Source of the DNA: the human T2T-CHM13v2.0 reference genome, Homo sapiens
DNA: 64,000 nucleotides
Assembly: GCF_009914755.1 (NCBI RefSeq)
Contig: NC_060938.1
Reading direction: 5' to 3' (one strand)
The notes below the pieces were generated by a model. The model ran no database searches. It saw only the letters and a list, made by a program, of their open reading frames with translations, and was not told where the DNA came from. A program made the translations under genes and the position numbers. How positions within the stretch are numbered: position 1 is the first letter of the stretch; each line of letters opens with the position of its first letter. Of this stretch, positions 1 through 15,755 are shown one piece after another.

Positions 1-2146
1 GAGGCGTGCCCCACGTTGTATGCTTGCACTGAGCATTCTTTCAGCGTTCTTTACTTGCTTGACCTTTTAGTTATTTTCTTTCATCCCTACCGAGGTCTCC
101 AAACTGAGGTCGTGAAAGGTCAGAGTTTTAAAAATATATATCAACTGAATGCTTTTCTTCAGAAAACTGAGCACCTCACTTTCTGGATATTCGCAGAGGT
201 TCCCTGGTCTGCAGTGACCCTTGCCACACATTTCTTCACTATTTTCACTTCATGGTTTAGATGCCCTGGTGATAGTGAGGAACTGTAAATAAGCACGGTC
301 TGAAAGTGTCAGGAGGAGCTCAGATGATCCTGAGCTCTTTGGTCTTTCTCTTGGTTTAGAATTCCTCAAGACCTATTGTAGTGACTTCTTTTACTCGACT
401 CAGAATTCCAGGGCTTTGGTGCTCCTTAAGTCTCAGAAGAAACGCATGGTTATGGTGTCTGTCAACTTGCTGTTTATTGAAATACCTTTTATTGTAATGC
501 ACCAAGTAAAGACGAGGTGATGTGGGCACTAACTTAATGATATTACACAAACACACTTAATTGCACTTAGGGAGTTCAGCATGACATTAGTGATTTCATA
601 CAGTGAATAAGTCTCTTCTCTTTTGTTTGACAAGTTTTGTTGTCGTTTAACAGATTTGCTTCATGGGAGGTAAACTTATACTTTCTAAGGATGAATGAGT
701 GCTTTGCAACTAATGGGTCATATGTTGGAATTTAAACATATTAAAGAGTTAATTCATTTCAAGAACTTACTAGTAAATATGCACTACCCACAAGAGATTT
801 TTAGAATAACCTCTTTTGAATGATTAATATTTATATGTAATCATGTGCATATTTTATTTGAGATTTTCAGGGTATAAATGTCGATGCAATTTCCTTTAAT
901 AAAGGAATGATATATATGAGCCAAAGTAGTGATGTATTCATCATAGATAACGTCTCACTGATTTCCATTTGCCCCCGAAGGCATCCCAAATTTGGAAGGG
1001 CCATTGTTGTTTCATCATAGACTCCTTGGCCATGACTCTTATATAGACATCTGAGGAAATGCTGTGGCAAGTTTCTTGTACCTACTTTGGTAATTGTAAA
1101 CCATCCAGGACCGTATCCTTTAGGTTTAATTTATCTTGCTCCTCTTTGCCCCTCTTTTCCAAGGGAGGGTTTAGAAGATGAATTATACTCAAGAGTTAGT
1201 GTTTCTCCAGAAGATCAGACCACAAGTTGTAGAAAGCACACCAGAACTTTGCACTTCTGCCCTTTATCTTAATTCCTAGCCCATGCTTAAGCCTTTTAGG
1301 ATCTATCTACATCCACCTCACATAACCATCTAGAATTCTCCCAAAATCTTGTTTCAGTAGCCTGGGAATCATGGCAGTTATATCTGCATTTGTGTGTTTC
1401 CTGGCCATATAGTAAAAATGGCAAAAGAGATTTATATGGTCAAATCCCTAGCCTTTCCATTCCTTTGCTTTATAAATGAATAACAGTGATCTAAAAGCGA
1501 AAGAATGTAGCTAACCAGTGTCATTTGGGATCTTCTGAAGTAGTACGGAAACTCCACATTCTTCAGACCAACTTGCGGCATGCCAGCACATTCCTCTCCG
1601 ATGAGGTGGAGGAATACTGGTGGCTGGCCTGGGACTTGTAGGACTGGGGCGGGGAGCTGCTGTTTAAAAATACATTTAATTATATTCCTTCTCTGCAGTA
1701 ACATTGATACCATTTTTAGCCCATTACAAATACTGTGATTTTCATTTAAATCACGTCCATTATCTTATTGACCTAGTTTTTATTTTGTAATCAAAATGTT
1801 CTATTTCTGGATAGCCTCACCCAGAATCTTTTTTTTTTTAAAGGTTACAGACCCTTTGTGCAGTTTTTTCCTTTCGTATCTGCGTACAGATGGGCTGCAT
1901 CTGTGTTCACACAGCAGAAAATGGTACTATATTGTTCCCTTTAAGAGTGTGGGTTTTCTCTACTTAATCTCGGACTCTTCATGGAGACACAGCTGGCAAG
2001 ATGCCACGAGACCTCGCATTTGGTAACTGTTTTGGTGAATGGATATTGGGAGAGTTAAGTAATCCTATTTCTATTCGAAATGAGAATCCTGATTCTCTTC
2101 TTCCATTTTTGCTCTTTCTCTGTTCGTCTGCTAGTTCCCTCTGTGA

Positions 2147-2815
<669 letters not shown>

Positions 2816-4599
2816 TCTCAATATTGTTTTTCACTGTCCTTCTTGACACATGAAAATAGGCTGTGCTTCTCTTGAGGCAATAATTGGATCAGAATTTTAG
2901 GATTTTTGCATGACCAGCCATTTTATTTTGTAGGCGAGGAAGCAGAAGACCTGAGAATGACTTCCCCTAAGATTCTGAGGCAATGGAGTGGCAGGACCAA
3001 GTCAGCCACCCCATCTTCCCCTTCCCACTATGTGGTTCTCCTCTTACTGCCCTCTGTCTTAGCCGGGGAATCTTACAGATGTTGCATCTGGTGCTTCCTG
3101 GTGTTCATTTCTTCCAACCACCATTTGCCCTTGCAAATACCATTCGGTATGAAAGTATTTTAGAGCAACTGAGTCTTCAGTGTGTCACTTTATTGCCAAA
3201 AGAAGACACAAACGATGGAGTACAATGGTAGGAGTCTCCGGCTGGGTTCTCAGGGATTTTCTCAGGAATTATGTTTTGCTCCAAGTCGTTTCAGTTGACG
3301 TATTCATTCCTCAGAACCGGTAGATGACTATGACATATAATACCCAAGCTTGAGCTCTTTCCTGTCTAACTGGAGTCTCCCTTTTAATCAGGAAACCACA
3401 TTTAAAGCTGTGTCCTGAACTCTGCCCAGCATGTCAGCTTGGCCAGGAAGGACAGGGAATTCCTACTGGTAGTAGCCACTGGGGACTGAGGGAGTCACGG
3501 GAGGTCAGATGGGAGCTTAGCAAGAAAGACAGCAGCAGCACAGGGTACATTCAGGCTGCTAGGATTGTCTTTTTGTTTGCGAAACTCCCTCCCTGGTTGA
3601 GGTCAGGAAAAACCTAGGATAGCAACCCCCTGGGCCGGTGACCCCACACTAGGATTTTGTGATCTAACCATTTAAAAAAAATTGTTTTTAATTGAGGAGG
3701 TTTAACATAGTGTTTAGCTTTGATCTTGAGAAGTAAGGATATTAAAAACAGCAATGTTGAGATTGTCATGTAATGTTACAGTCCTTTCATGAAAGAACAG
3801 GCACTTCAGAATCAGAAGTAGGAAGAATAAAATCTCAGAATGAAGGCTAGTCCTCTATTCTGTACACACGTAGCTTCAGGAAAAACTTGTACTGTGTTAT
3901 CCAGATATTTCCTATTTAGCCACAGGTCAGCAAAAATTCTATCACAGAAGCAGTGTTGGTCTGTGATACTTGGGAACCACCAGCCTTCACTCCATGGTTG
4001 GTGCATCCCTGCCCCTGTTTCCAGGAGCAGTGTGCATGAGGAAGATGGCGTAATGACAGCACATCAGTGCCTGGCTCATATGTCATCAGTGCTCAGGAAA
4101 TTGAGTTGATTTTTATTCTCTTAGATAGTCCATATAGCAGAGACATAAATTAGGCTGGATGACCATTTCAGGTTGGATTTCAAGGGACACTGCTCTTCCT
4201 TGGCTTTTTTCATCGGAGACTAGGATCTTAGCCTCAGCTTTGCAGATCTGAAGCTGGATTTTTATCATGTATTTTATGGATGACCTGGAAATACTTACAC
4301 GTCCAAGCTCACAGGAGGCTACCCCATAAACAAAAATATCAGCTCATTATTTTGCGGATGAAAGATAGGCTTTTTCAGAGACCACATTGATGGATCAGTC
4401 TGCCTCCCAGTCATATGTCCTTCCCACAGCTGGAGGTAGGGAGTGGATGCTAGGGTGGCAATTACGGCACACACTTTCCTTGAGGAACACAGAATCAGTG
4501 CAATGGCAGTTGGTTGACTGAGTTTATTCCAGTCAAGTTAAGGAAGAGCCCATTCTACTTCATTGACATTGTTTTCTCTTTGTTGAGAGACATTAAAAC

Positions 4600-5210
<611 letters not shown>

Positions 5211-5678
5211 ATATTAACATGTAATGTTAAATAATACTTAATATTATTACTAATATTACCAAGGAAGCTAGTTTTGTGGTGGACGTGGAAAAACGAACAC
5301 AAATCAGACAGGCAGAATTGGTTAGAGTCTTACCCTTTAACTTTCCTTACTGTAGAATTCACTCTCCACTAACCTATGGTTTCCATTTGTTATTCTTCAT
5401 TGTTTCAGTGGATTTTCCAACTGTGTCACTCTGTCTAGATTGTTCTTTAATGATTACATTTATAGTTGACTATTCCTTGTTGACATATGGAGAGACGCTT
5501 TGATCTGAAACCATCAAAGGCTTCTCTCTCCATGTCACATCTTTGGAGAGGCTTCTGGTCATGGTATGTGGACCCATGTCAGCTTCTCTTTCTAGGTCAC
5601 CACCTTTTTTGGCCTTTACCCCTTGAGTTTGAACTTTGACTTATTTAGTAGTGGCAAGAGAAGCCCCATGGCTCTTGA

Positions 5679-6070
<392 letters not shown>

Positions 6071-7202
6071 TGAAACAAGCTTTTTATGTGATTTCTCATA
6101 TTTTGCCAAACCAATAGGGCAAAGAAACCACTGACATGATTTTTTTTTTTTAATTTCTCCTCTCCCACCCCGCCGGAGAAACTAAACAACTATTTTACAG
6201 TGGAAGCCAATAGCAAATTGACTGGTATTCAGGATGCCTTTTGTAGAAGGCATGCATTCCATCTTATCTGTAGATATGTCTAACACCTGTAATATGATCA
6301 TTTTTCAATTTCCTCACTAAACTCACAGTGATAAATTACAGTTAATATTGGCCATTAAAATATTCTACTGTAAAATATTCCAGGTACCTTGGCCACTGAA
6401 GCAAATTAATCCATCTACCACCTATCTGTGACATAATGAGAAATTTAAAATGATAATCAGCTGAAACTTTCCTTCTGTAAGTAACACTGTCAATTCCTAC
6501 ATCGAAGAATTTTTTCTTAAAGCTCTATTGCCTTCCCATCTCTTCAAGGACAGGTGTTTATTCCTTGACTCCTATATCACTTTCCACTCCAGCTAGAATT
6601 AACGATGTAATTGGGCTGTTTACTTATTTTTTTTGTTCATCGCCAGATGAGAAGTCAGAGGGTTCTCCCACCAGATGCTAAGTTTCTGAGAAGAGAAGAG
6701 GTAGTAGGCTAGAAGCACTGACTGTTTCCAGCTTTGCAGTCAAGGTTTTCTACTAAAGAGTATTGCATCCTGTTGTCAAGACTGCGTTGGGTTTTCTGCT
6801 TAAGGCATGGACATCTCTCTGGTCTTCTGCAGTGATGTGGTCCATGTAAAATGACCAGCAGTCTCCTTTCTAGGGGTCAGCTGTGCTGTGTAAGTGGAAA
6901 TTAAGATTTTCATATAGGGACCGTCCACATCAGCCAATGAAGAGCCACTCACCCTTCCACTAATCCTCTGGAGGTGAGACTGTCCTATTTGGGGTCTACT
7001 TTGCATTTGTTGGGCCTGGATAGTCTAAAGACTACTTGTTTGTGAGATCCCATCTATCCCAGGATCTGAGGCTCTGTAGGTGTGAAAATATCTTTAACAG
7101 CCACAGAGCAGCTCAACTTTAGGTTCTAGGACCTTGTAGTCAAGAATGTTCATGAATTGAACTCCACGAAGTAGATGTTAGAGAAGTTTTAAAAGAGAAT
7201 GT

Positions 7203-7546
<344 letters not shown>

Positions 7547-8089
7547 TCAGACCACCCAGACCTCCTCACACTGGCTCAGTGACCCCCTTGTAAGACAGGT
7601 GCTGTGCTATATTCTCCTGCAGGGCCTCAGCCAGCCTCAAAATTTTGACCTTCTTTTCTGAACAAATGACCACTGAGTCCCACCTCTAGCTAGGCCCCCA
7701 TCCTAAGCATGGGACCCGTATGTCCAAAAGCTTGTCTGACATCCTGCTCCAAGTAGCCAGCTGGCCTCATCACAGTCAACTTGTGCAACAGGAGCCTCTT
7801 CCTTACCCAGCCACTGTCATTGACTTCTCTGTGCCACTGGGATATTCCCACAGTCACTCTGGCTGAGCACCTTGGAACTTCTCCGAATACCGTGTCCACT
7901 GAGTCTCCAAATGAGGGTCATTCCATCTCCCCAGTGTTCCTCCAAGCCTCTCTACTCATTTCCCATCCTAACGTCCTTACTCTTCACCCTCTTGCATAGC
8001 CTCGTATTACTATTGTCACTCATTAGAAGTCAGGCTGAGGATTCGAGCATGCCCGTGGCTGGGCACCTTTTCCACGCTTTGTGGGGGGC

Positions 8090-8230
8090 AGAAGAATCAG
8101 GGCCAGGCTTGTGCTTAGGCAGGATAACCTGGCCAAGTAACCTGGCCTCTCTGAGACTCAGTTTGCACACCTGCAAATCAAGAATGCCTGGCTCACAGGG
8201 CCCTTGAGGGCTTGATGTCATAAGGAAGAA
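8090..8230 (+). mobile_element. MIR fragment
   Basis: ctggccaagtaacctggcctctctgagactcagtttgcacacctgcaaa. Confidence 0.6.
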
Positions 8231-8564
8231 ATCAGGCAAGGAAGGAAATAGACAAAACCTGGAATCCAGTACTATATCCTGTTTCTGACTGCTAGTAATA
8301 TTAAAAGGATATGTGTTTTCTTGGTCCCTTACAGAGGTTTCCCCAGCCTTTTTTTATGCCCAGACACAGGCTAACATTTGTTCAAGACACTAGGGTTACC
8401 CAGCTATCCTGGGTCTTGCTCGGCTGCTTGAGGACTGATGAGATCAAAATCTCTATGGGTGTGGAATGCATTTGAAATACATCATAGTTGGGGACTCAGT
8501 CTCACAGTTCCTGAGCAATATGCCATCTTCCCTTGGTGGTATCCATTCATTCTTATCAGAGCTC

Positions 8565-8599
8565 TGTGTGTGTGTGTGCGTGCGCATGCACACACATGT
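8565..8599. repeat. Alternating purine-pyrimidine (TG)n/(CA)n quasi-palindrome
   Basis: tgtgtgtgtgtgtgcgtgcgcatgcacacacatgt. Confidence 0.9.
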
Positions 8600-9058
8600 C
8601 CGTCTGTCTCTCTTTTTGGTTTGTTTGGTTTCGCAGTGTGGGTTTTTTGTTTTTGGTTTCTGAGGGATTTTGATTATTTGTTGCTCTTACATAACCTTCT
8701 TTTACCTGGACAATGAATAATCAGTCATCAAATGACTCCTCATCCTGTGTCTCATTCTTCAGCAAATATTTACTGTGGTTATTCTACGTGATGCTTTGGG
8801 GGAACAAAGGTAGATGAATATGTCTCCTCCCCAACCTCAGGTGCTGATAGTCATGAGGTATAATGTGAAACCTAAAAATGAGGGGGAAGAGCCAAGGAGC
8901 CCAGCTGTTGGAGTGTGGGGTAACCCTGAACTCTGGAAATTTAGTTTGGAAACTACTTGTGCTGCAACATTACCTGGCCAACCTCAGAACCCTGTACAAT
9001 AGCACACCCAGAGACAGAGTTTTGGTGGCCTATGGCCTGATGTCCTCACTGTGGGTCA

Positions 9059-9285
<227 letters not shown>

Positions 9286-10589
9286 TCATCATTCTCTTGT
9301 TTCAGGGCTTTGGTGTATCTAATCTCCCAGACATCAATGATACCTAAAGTCTTCTTTCTACGGTGCTGTGTTGTTCACAACTTGCCTTATTTCCTTTCAT
9401 CCTCATAGGAACATGGGAAGTAGGCATTATTTTTATTTTCTCCATATTTTAATTGAGGAAACCAAGAATCCTCTGAGAAGCTAGGTAGGGTAGCTTGTCC
9501 CAGAGAGTAATGGGCCAGGGACATAAGCCAGCCCAGGCAGTTGTCACTCAACCATCCGCTTCTCTGGAGGTCCATTTGCCCCAGCATAAAGTTTTGTCAC
9601 AAAGTCACTTCAGTGTGCAAAGAGAAAGTTTCCCCTAATACTGATGGGACACTTATCCCCTTGTGGGGAGCAGGAGTCCAAGGAGCTTTGAGTTTCCAGA
9701 AGAGGAGGATGACAGGTCAGGAAAGACTGGAGACAGACTTTCTTGATGCTACCAGTGGTGAAGAATCCAGTCATCACAACTCATTTGCCAGCTTGGCTGA
9801 CTTTGACATTTGCTGTGCTCTGGATGGAAGGACTGGAGAAGACATCAACTTGAAAGTTTAAAAAAAAAGAGAGAGACTGTCTAGAATCTGATTATGTGTT
9901 TTAACAGCAGCCCCCTTGAACCACATTTACACAGCTATTTTACAAAGTGAGATCCGTGCATAATTTTCCACCAACAACTTTGGATGGCTTCCATTAGACT
10001 TGGTATCCAAGCATATCCCTCCAGTCCTGTCAGCCACAGAATTGTTTGCCTGTTAACATCTGAATTTCTGTGTGTAATCATTGCATTGAGAGCTCAGGGA
10101 AGCCAGTTAATCATACACTATTCAGGCATCTTTTTAGTTCTCTGGAGGGTTTTTCCACCTATGGACTTGATCAGTGAAGTCCTGTTTCATGAATGGTGTG
10201 AACATAATAGAGTGAAAGGCACTGCGGACTTTAAGTCAGAACACCGAAGTTCTTGACCTCGGGCAAATCACTTGTTTTTTCCAAGCCTCAATTTCCTTAT
10301 CTGTCAAGCAAGATCATAAAGTAGCTTTAAGAATTTTAGAAGTGCTTTATAAATAGAAAAGTGTGATTCAAATCTCATCTTTTGGTCCACATGCATTTTT
10401 ATATCTAGGACAATGATATAACTTTACTTACCTTGACTTATTAGATTAACATAATACAGAACAAAAATTCTTTTTCATACCTATATTTTAGATACATAAT
10501 GTGGATTCTATAGATTTCTTTGATGCCTTTTTATTCCCAAAGAGTTCGAAGCTGTGCCCCTGGTATGCCTGCTGTATTTATAAGTCTGT

Positions 10590-11000
10590 GATTGGTTAGT
10601 CAGTTGGTTAGAACAGAGGGCTAATTAGCAGATTAAAGCAAGCCCCTAAAGTAGACCCTTGAGGAATCTGCTATTCCAGAGTCTCCTATTCTGTGAAGAT
10701 AGTTCCCGTCCTAGTTAATGCCAGCATTTGGATCTGTGGTCTGTGCATTAACCTCAATCCTTATCGAACCTTCTAGTGTGGGTCATGGATTCCTTCTTTG
10801 TGCATGCAAGTTGGCTTTGTGACTATTCCACAGTCACAGATCACACCCAGAGATTCAGCCAACTATTCCCGGATATCTGATGTTTGTTGCAAAAAGGTTA
10901 GTGGGAGCGTGTGGATGACTTGCCCCAAACCCATCCCCACTACTGGAGAAACACCTCTACATGGCCTGAAGCATCTCTGTTCTGAGGACAGCCCTTTACA
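10590..11000 (+). mobile_element. MamSINE1-like ancient tRNA-derived SINE (interrupted)
   Basis: tRNA-Ile-like head ggttag-tcagttggttaga...gctaat; 3' body gtgtggatg...ccatccccactactggagaaac...gaggacagccctttac. Confidence 0.6.
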
Positions 11001-11517
11001 TTAACAATTGTTTACCAGGTGCCGAATGCTTATCATCTGAGAGAGCAGAACTCACAGGTGTGCAGGCTAGGTAACAGGAATATATGCTTGAAAGCAGTGC
11101 TTTATCCACTATCTGGAAAAAAAAAAATATGTTGAGCAGGTATTGAGATTGGCAGCCGCCATTCACACAAAGAAGAGCCAAGAGCAAGGGGCTGGGAGCC
11201 AGAGAAGGTGATCAGATTTGGCAGGTAGAGGTGACTCTCAGACACAGGGACACTCAGGGCCTTTTTACTGCAGCTACATGTGGGAGCTCTCACCTGAAGT
11301 TCTTCAAACATGTCTCTCTCTGGAAGGGGTTTTGATCGCTTAGTTGCAGATGGAAAACTCCAGCATAGTTAAGGTAGATGACCTAGTCAGCCCAGAGATC
11401 AATGGCAGATTGAAATAACACCTGTGGATATTTTGCTCCATTTAGATGAGACTTGAAGGGATAGAAGTCCACAGGGAGCTGAGATTGAGGCTGTGCCTTT
11501 CTCTTGTTTCACATTAA

Positions 11518-11890
<373 letters not shown>

Positions 11891-13165
11891 GAGTGGGACA
11901 CTTATTGATGTCTTACATCCGTCACAAGGGAGGGTCCTTGTGGCCACCTTTGGCTCCCTCAGCACAGGGTGTGGGGCTGCTATGGCCCTGCGATTCCTAC
12001 ACGGTCTGCACACCCCACGTTGACCCCCAGAGAGGTCTTGGACACCAAAGGGGATGCCCTGGGAAGTTCTGCCAGGGTTTCCTGTGCTGCTGGGCTGCTC
12101 CCTGCACTGGGCAGTAAACCAAAGGTCACAGACTCTGCAGACGTACAGCCTTTGTTGCACAGTGGAAGTCCCAGACCACAGGGGTCCAAGTTAATTAATC
12201 ACACTGGGGAAACTACTCCATTGAAGTTGGACATAACAGGATGAGAGAGAAGTGACTGAAACTGATTAAGAATGGGCTTAACTGAAGAGCTAAGCTGCCT
12301 CAAATCCTTCATGGAAGTTGACAGGATGTAAATAATAAATTATAAATAAACAAAATGTAAGAGCTAAATAAAGTTCCATTAAATATACCATCCCTCACAG
12401 ATGCAAATGTTTCAAGGTGGAATTAGCTAACTTGTGCTTGACATTGAGAGCGGATCCAACCTCAGATACTTTTCATCCAAGTATTTTTATCCAAGCCCTA
12501 TAGAGTAGCAATAATGAGTAAAATGATAGACCGCGGTCTAAAGTACTGAACCAAGGCAACTAAGCTGATTTTTCAACCCAGCCTGAACTTGAGGGATTAA
12601 AGTTTTTTAGTCAAAAGATCTTAAGACACAACGTGAACCTTCGCACCACATGAAGCATGAGTTCCGTCAGGTAAGTATACATTCTTCCTTATAATTTTTC
12701 TCTACTTAGCTTGACTACTTTTTTTTCTGTCCTATTTGTAGCATTGTACTGCACCTTAGGAGGGGACTTATCCAATAGTCAGTGAGACAAAAACTGAGCA
12801 AACAAAATTACTCTTCCAATCCCTAGAAAGGCAGCAGGTTAGAGACTGTTAGGTCTCACGTGGTCATTTTTTCCCCTACATTATTGGAATAGATAATTAG
12901 CTCTTTCTTTGGTTGAACCTAGGGGAGGTACTGTGGGAGCTCACTTAATCCATCTGCCAGTTAACATGTTCTCTCTCTTCCCTGTGAATGAGCGCACCAA
13001 CCTCTATCTATGGCAGTCAGTTAATGGGCTGCTCTCCAGTGAGCCATCCCACCCATCCCATCAGCTCAGTTGGGGGCCTGTTGAGAGTATGTGCTCCCAA
13101 ACCTAAGTATGCCAGTTGTACTTATTCTAAGACATGTAGCTAAGTAACGTTTAAACAAATGAAAT

Positions 13166-13480
13166 ATGAGTGTGAAAAGGAGAGCTGTCTCGAAAATTAT
13201 ATTGTTGCCTTGAAAAGACTTGTTAATGATGAATTTGCTAAAAAATAAATTGAGGCCAAATTAAATACAAACAAGATAACTCTAAAAGATTGAGGAGAAA
13301 GTCAAAAATCTAGGCAGATTCTGTGGTCAGATGGCTTTTCAGTTGCCTTTGGGTTTTTTTTCTCTTCTTTAAAGAAAGAGAACCTGAAAATCATAGCAAA
13401 TTTCCTGGTTTATACAGGAAAGATAATTAGGAATTCCAGACAGTGGACCCATCTTCAAAGATAAGGCATGGCCCCTGTAC
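13166..13480 (+). mobile_element. Decayed Tigger (Tigger15a-like) transposase 5' fragment
   Basis: Broken frames MSVKR..ALKRL..KD* and WFIQER*LGIPDSGPIFKDKA (13406-13468), a CENP-B/pogo HTH signature. Confidence 0.7.
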
Positions 13481-13986
13481 TTCTACCAAGTTTGAGATGA
13501 GTATACACTTATAGTTTGGATTAAGGATGTCTTTTGTAGGGGCGGCAGCCAGCTGCGTTGTATAAAGTATACCTGTCTAATGAGCATATAAAGATGCTGT
13601 CACTCAACAGGTTACCAGAGAACTGAGCCAGGCTGAGGAGCGCGCAGACACACATCGCCCTTGACATGCTCATCGGGACACAGACCAATTGAGGGAAACT
13701 GGGCAGAACCATCTTTACACTTTCTCACAAATGCACTTCCTCCCTCTCTCCCCACTTCCTTCTCTTCCTCCTGTCCCCCACCCCCTCTCTTCTTCTCTCT
13801 CCTTCTTACTCCCTAAGCAATGTAGTTGAGTTCAAAGAACTTAATGCTCCTATGATGTGACTCTGAAATAAACAGGGAGAAACCATTTGGAGTTGACCAA
13901 CAGAGTATATTTCAAAGTACTTGTTCCATGGAAGATCTGATCTTTGGCTTTAAAAAGTTTTAAATATGTTTAATTATGTGAATCCA

Positions 13987-13987
<1 letters not shown>

Positions 13988-14020
<33 letters not shown>

Positions 14021-14026
14021 ACACAC
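13988..14026 (+). repeat. (CA)n microsatellite
   Basis: About 19 CA units with one TA interruption. Confidence 0.97.
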
Positions 14027-15520
14027 TTCCTTAAAATAATAAGCTTTAATTTTTTAAAGTGTGACTTAACATTAGATAGTTCAGGAAAACACTTATTTCT
14101 CCTAAAGTGAGATCAGGTTGTAGTGAAACAAATCTTATTTGAAGTGTCCTAAAATACAGTGTGTTTTAAGTTGTTTTCTGTTCTCTTTGGTCCAAAAACA
14201 TTTTGCAAAGACCTTCCTCTGTCTCTGTGTCGTGTCTAGATTCTATAGTGGAGCACAAACAACTGCAGGAAAAAATGTGAGAGTGCCTGTAGATACTGGA
14301 ACATGTTAACAGAGGTATTTGAGAACCCTCAGGAAGAATAACATTTTACAGTGAGGTGATTGTTATCTTTAACAATAAAAGCCATATGAATGTGCTATAA
14401 TTAAGGCTAATGTGGAATGCTTAAAATCATAAAACAGGTATGATCATTGGATTCCTGTTCACCCAGGGAATGCAGATCCCAAAGATAAGTATGCCGGAAC
14501 ATGAACTTTGTGAGAAAACAGGAATCCACCCACCTCCAATAAACAAGAGACTGTCCTTCATTTCAGTTATAGCTCTTCAGGGTTTAATTTGGATAGATGT
14601 GAGGTGTTTTATTCTAGAGCATAAACTAGATGCTTCTTTCAAGTTAATGGGGAGCAACTGATGGCTACTGGATTAACTAGAAAAGAAATGTTCCTCTCTG
14701 CAGTTCTGGACAATACCACAATTTAATGACATTTTACCTGAGTGGACTTTTAAGAAGGATAGATTTGTCTTTTGCCTGTCAGGGCATAGATCCAAATTCA
14801 GAGCAGATGGTGGGAAAGATGAATGGCCACAGAGATCTCCAGGTAGAATTGGTTGGATTTCCTCAATCCTCATTAATTCCTGATTGATAGTCATCCATCT
14901 CCATCTTCTCTAACCATCCCTAATGAACCCTGATTTCTGAGGATTTTCTGGGTCTAGAATAACTAAAATGTGCTGACTTAAACCCAGAACAGATAAGATA
15001 ACTACCTGCCTGATGTTTCAGGCTTTTGAAAGAAAGGGGCTTGTCTCAACCTGAAACCCCATTTTCCTTACGTTTAGCAATAATACAGTCATGGATTTTC
15101 TGTTCTGATAATAAAGAGACACAAATGGGCAGGATGTGAACCCCAAAGCTCAGGGAGAGTGTTTAAGAGACAAATTGCTTCTATGTTGTTCAGGTAAAAC
15201 CTAGTAAAAGAGAGACTTTTTGGTTCTTAGATTGTCTGGCAAGAGACTCTAAGCCATCCTTGACCAAGCAGGACTGACAGGGTGTCACCCCAGCTATGGG
15301 AATGAGGCATAAGAAGAAGCACATGATTGTGGGGAAATCCCAGAAGTGTTCTGGGCCACTGAGGTGAAGAGAGGGCCCCAAGATCAGTGGAAGGAGGGAC
15401 CCAGAGGAAGTACTGGATATAGCAAAGCTACATGGATTTAAAACAATGCCTGTGTGGGCGTCTTGATTAGTGGCCTGATATTCCTCATTACTTCCATATT
15501 AGGGCAGGCTTAGTGACATA

Positions 15521-15755
15521 CAGTTGTCCCTCCATATACACCAGGGTATTGGCTCTGGGACCCCCTGGATACCCATATCCATACATACTGAAGTGCTTCA
15601 GTTGGCCCTGCAGAACCCACCTATAGGAAAAGTCGGCCCTCCATATGTGTGGATTTCATGTCCTGCAAACACGGTATTTTCAATCTGTGTTTGGTTGAAT
15701 AAATCCGAGTATAAGTGGCCCTGCGCATTTCAAACCCTTGTTCAAGAGTCAACTG
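15521..15755 (+). mobile_element. MER8 (TcMar-Tigger MITE), full length
   Basis: TA|cagttgtccctc ... gagtcaactg|TA terminal inverted repeats with TA TSD; internal aaaagtcggccctcc. Confidence 0.88.

Noticed and set aside
10590-10660. tRNA-Ile gene
   Set aside because: Only a degenerate 5' half, with no contiguous T-arm or acceptor stem; a SINE head
15332-15503. NF-kB site GGGAAATCCC (15332) and c-fos-type CArG CCATATTAGG (15494); also CArG at 22540 and kB at 7839
   Set aside because: Several matches of each degenerate motif are expected by chance in 64 kb; not supportable without chromatin data
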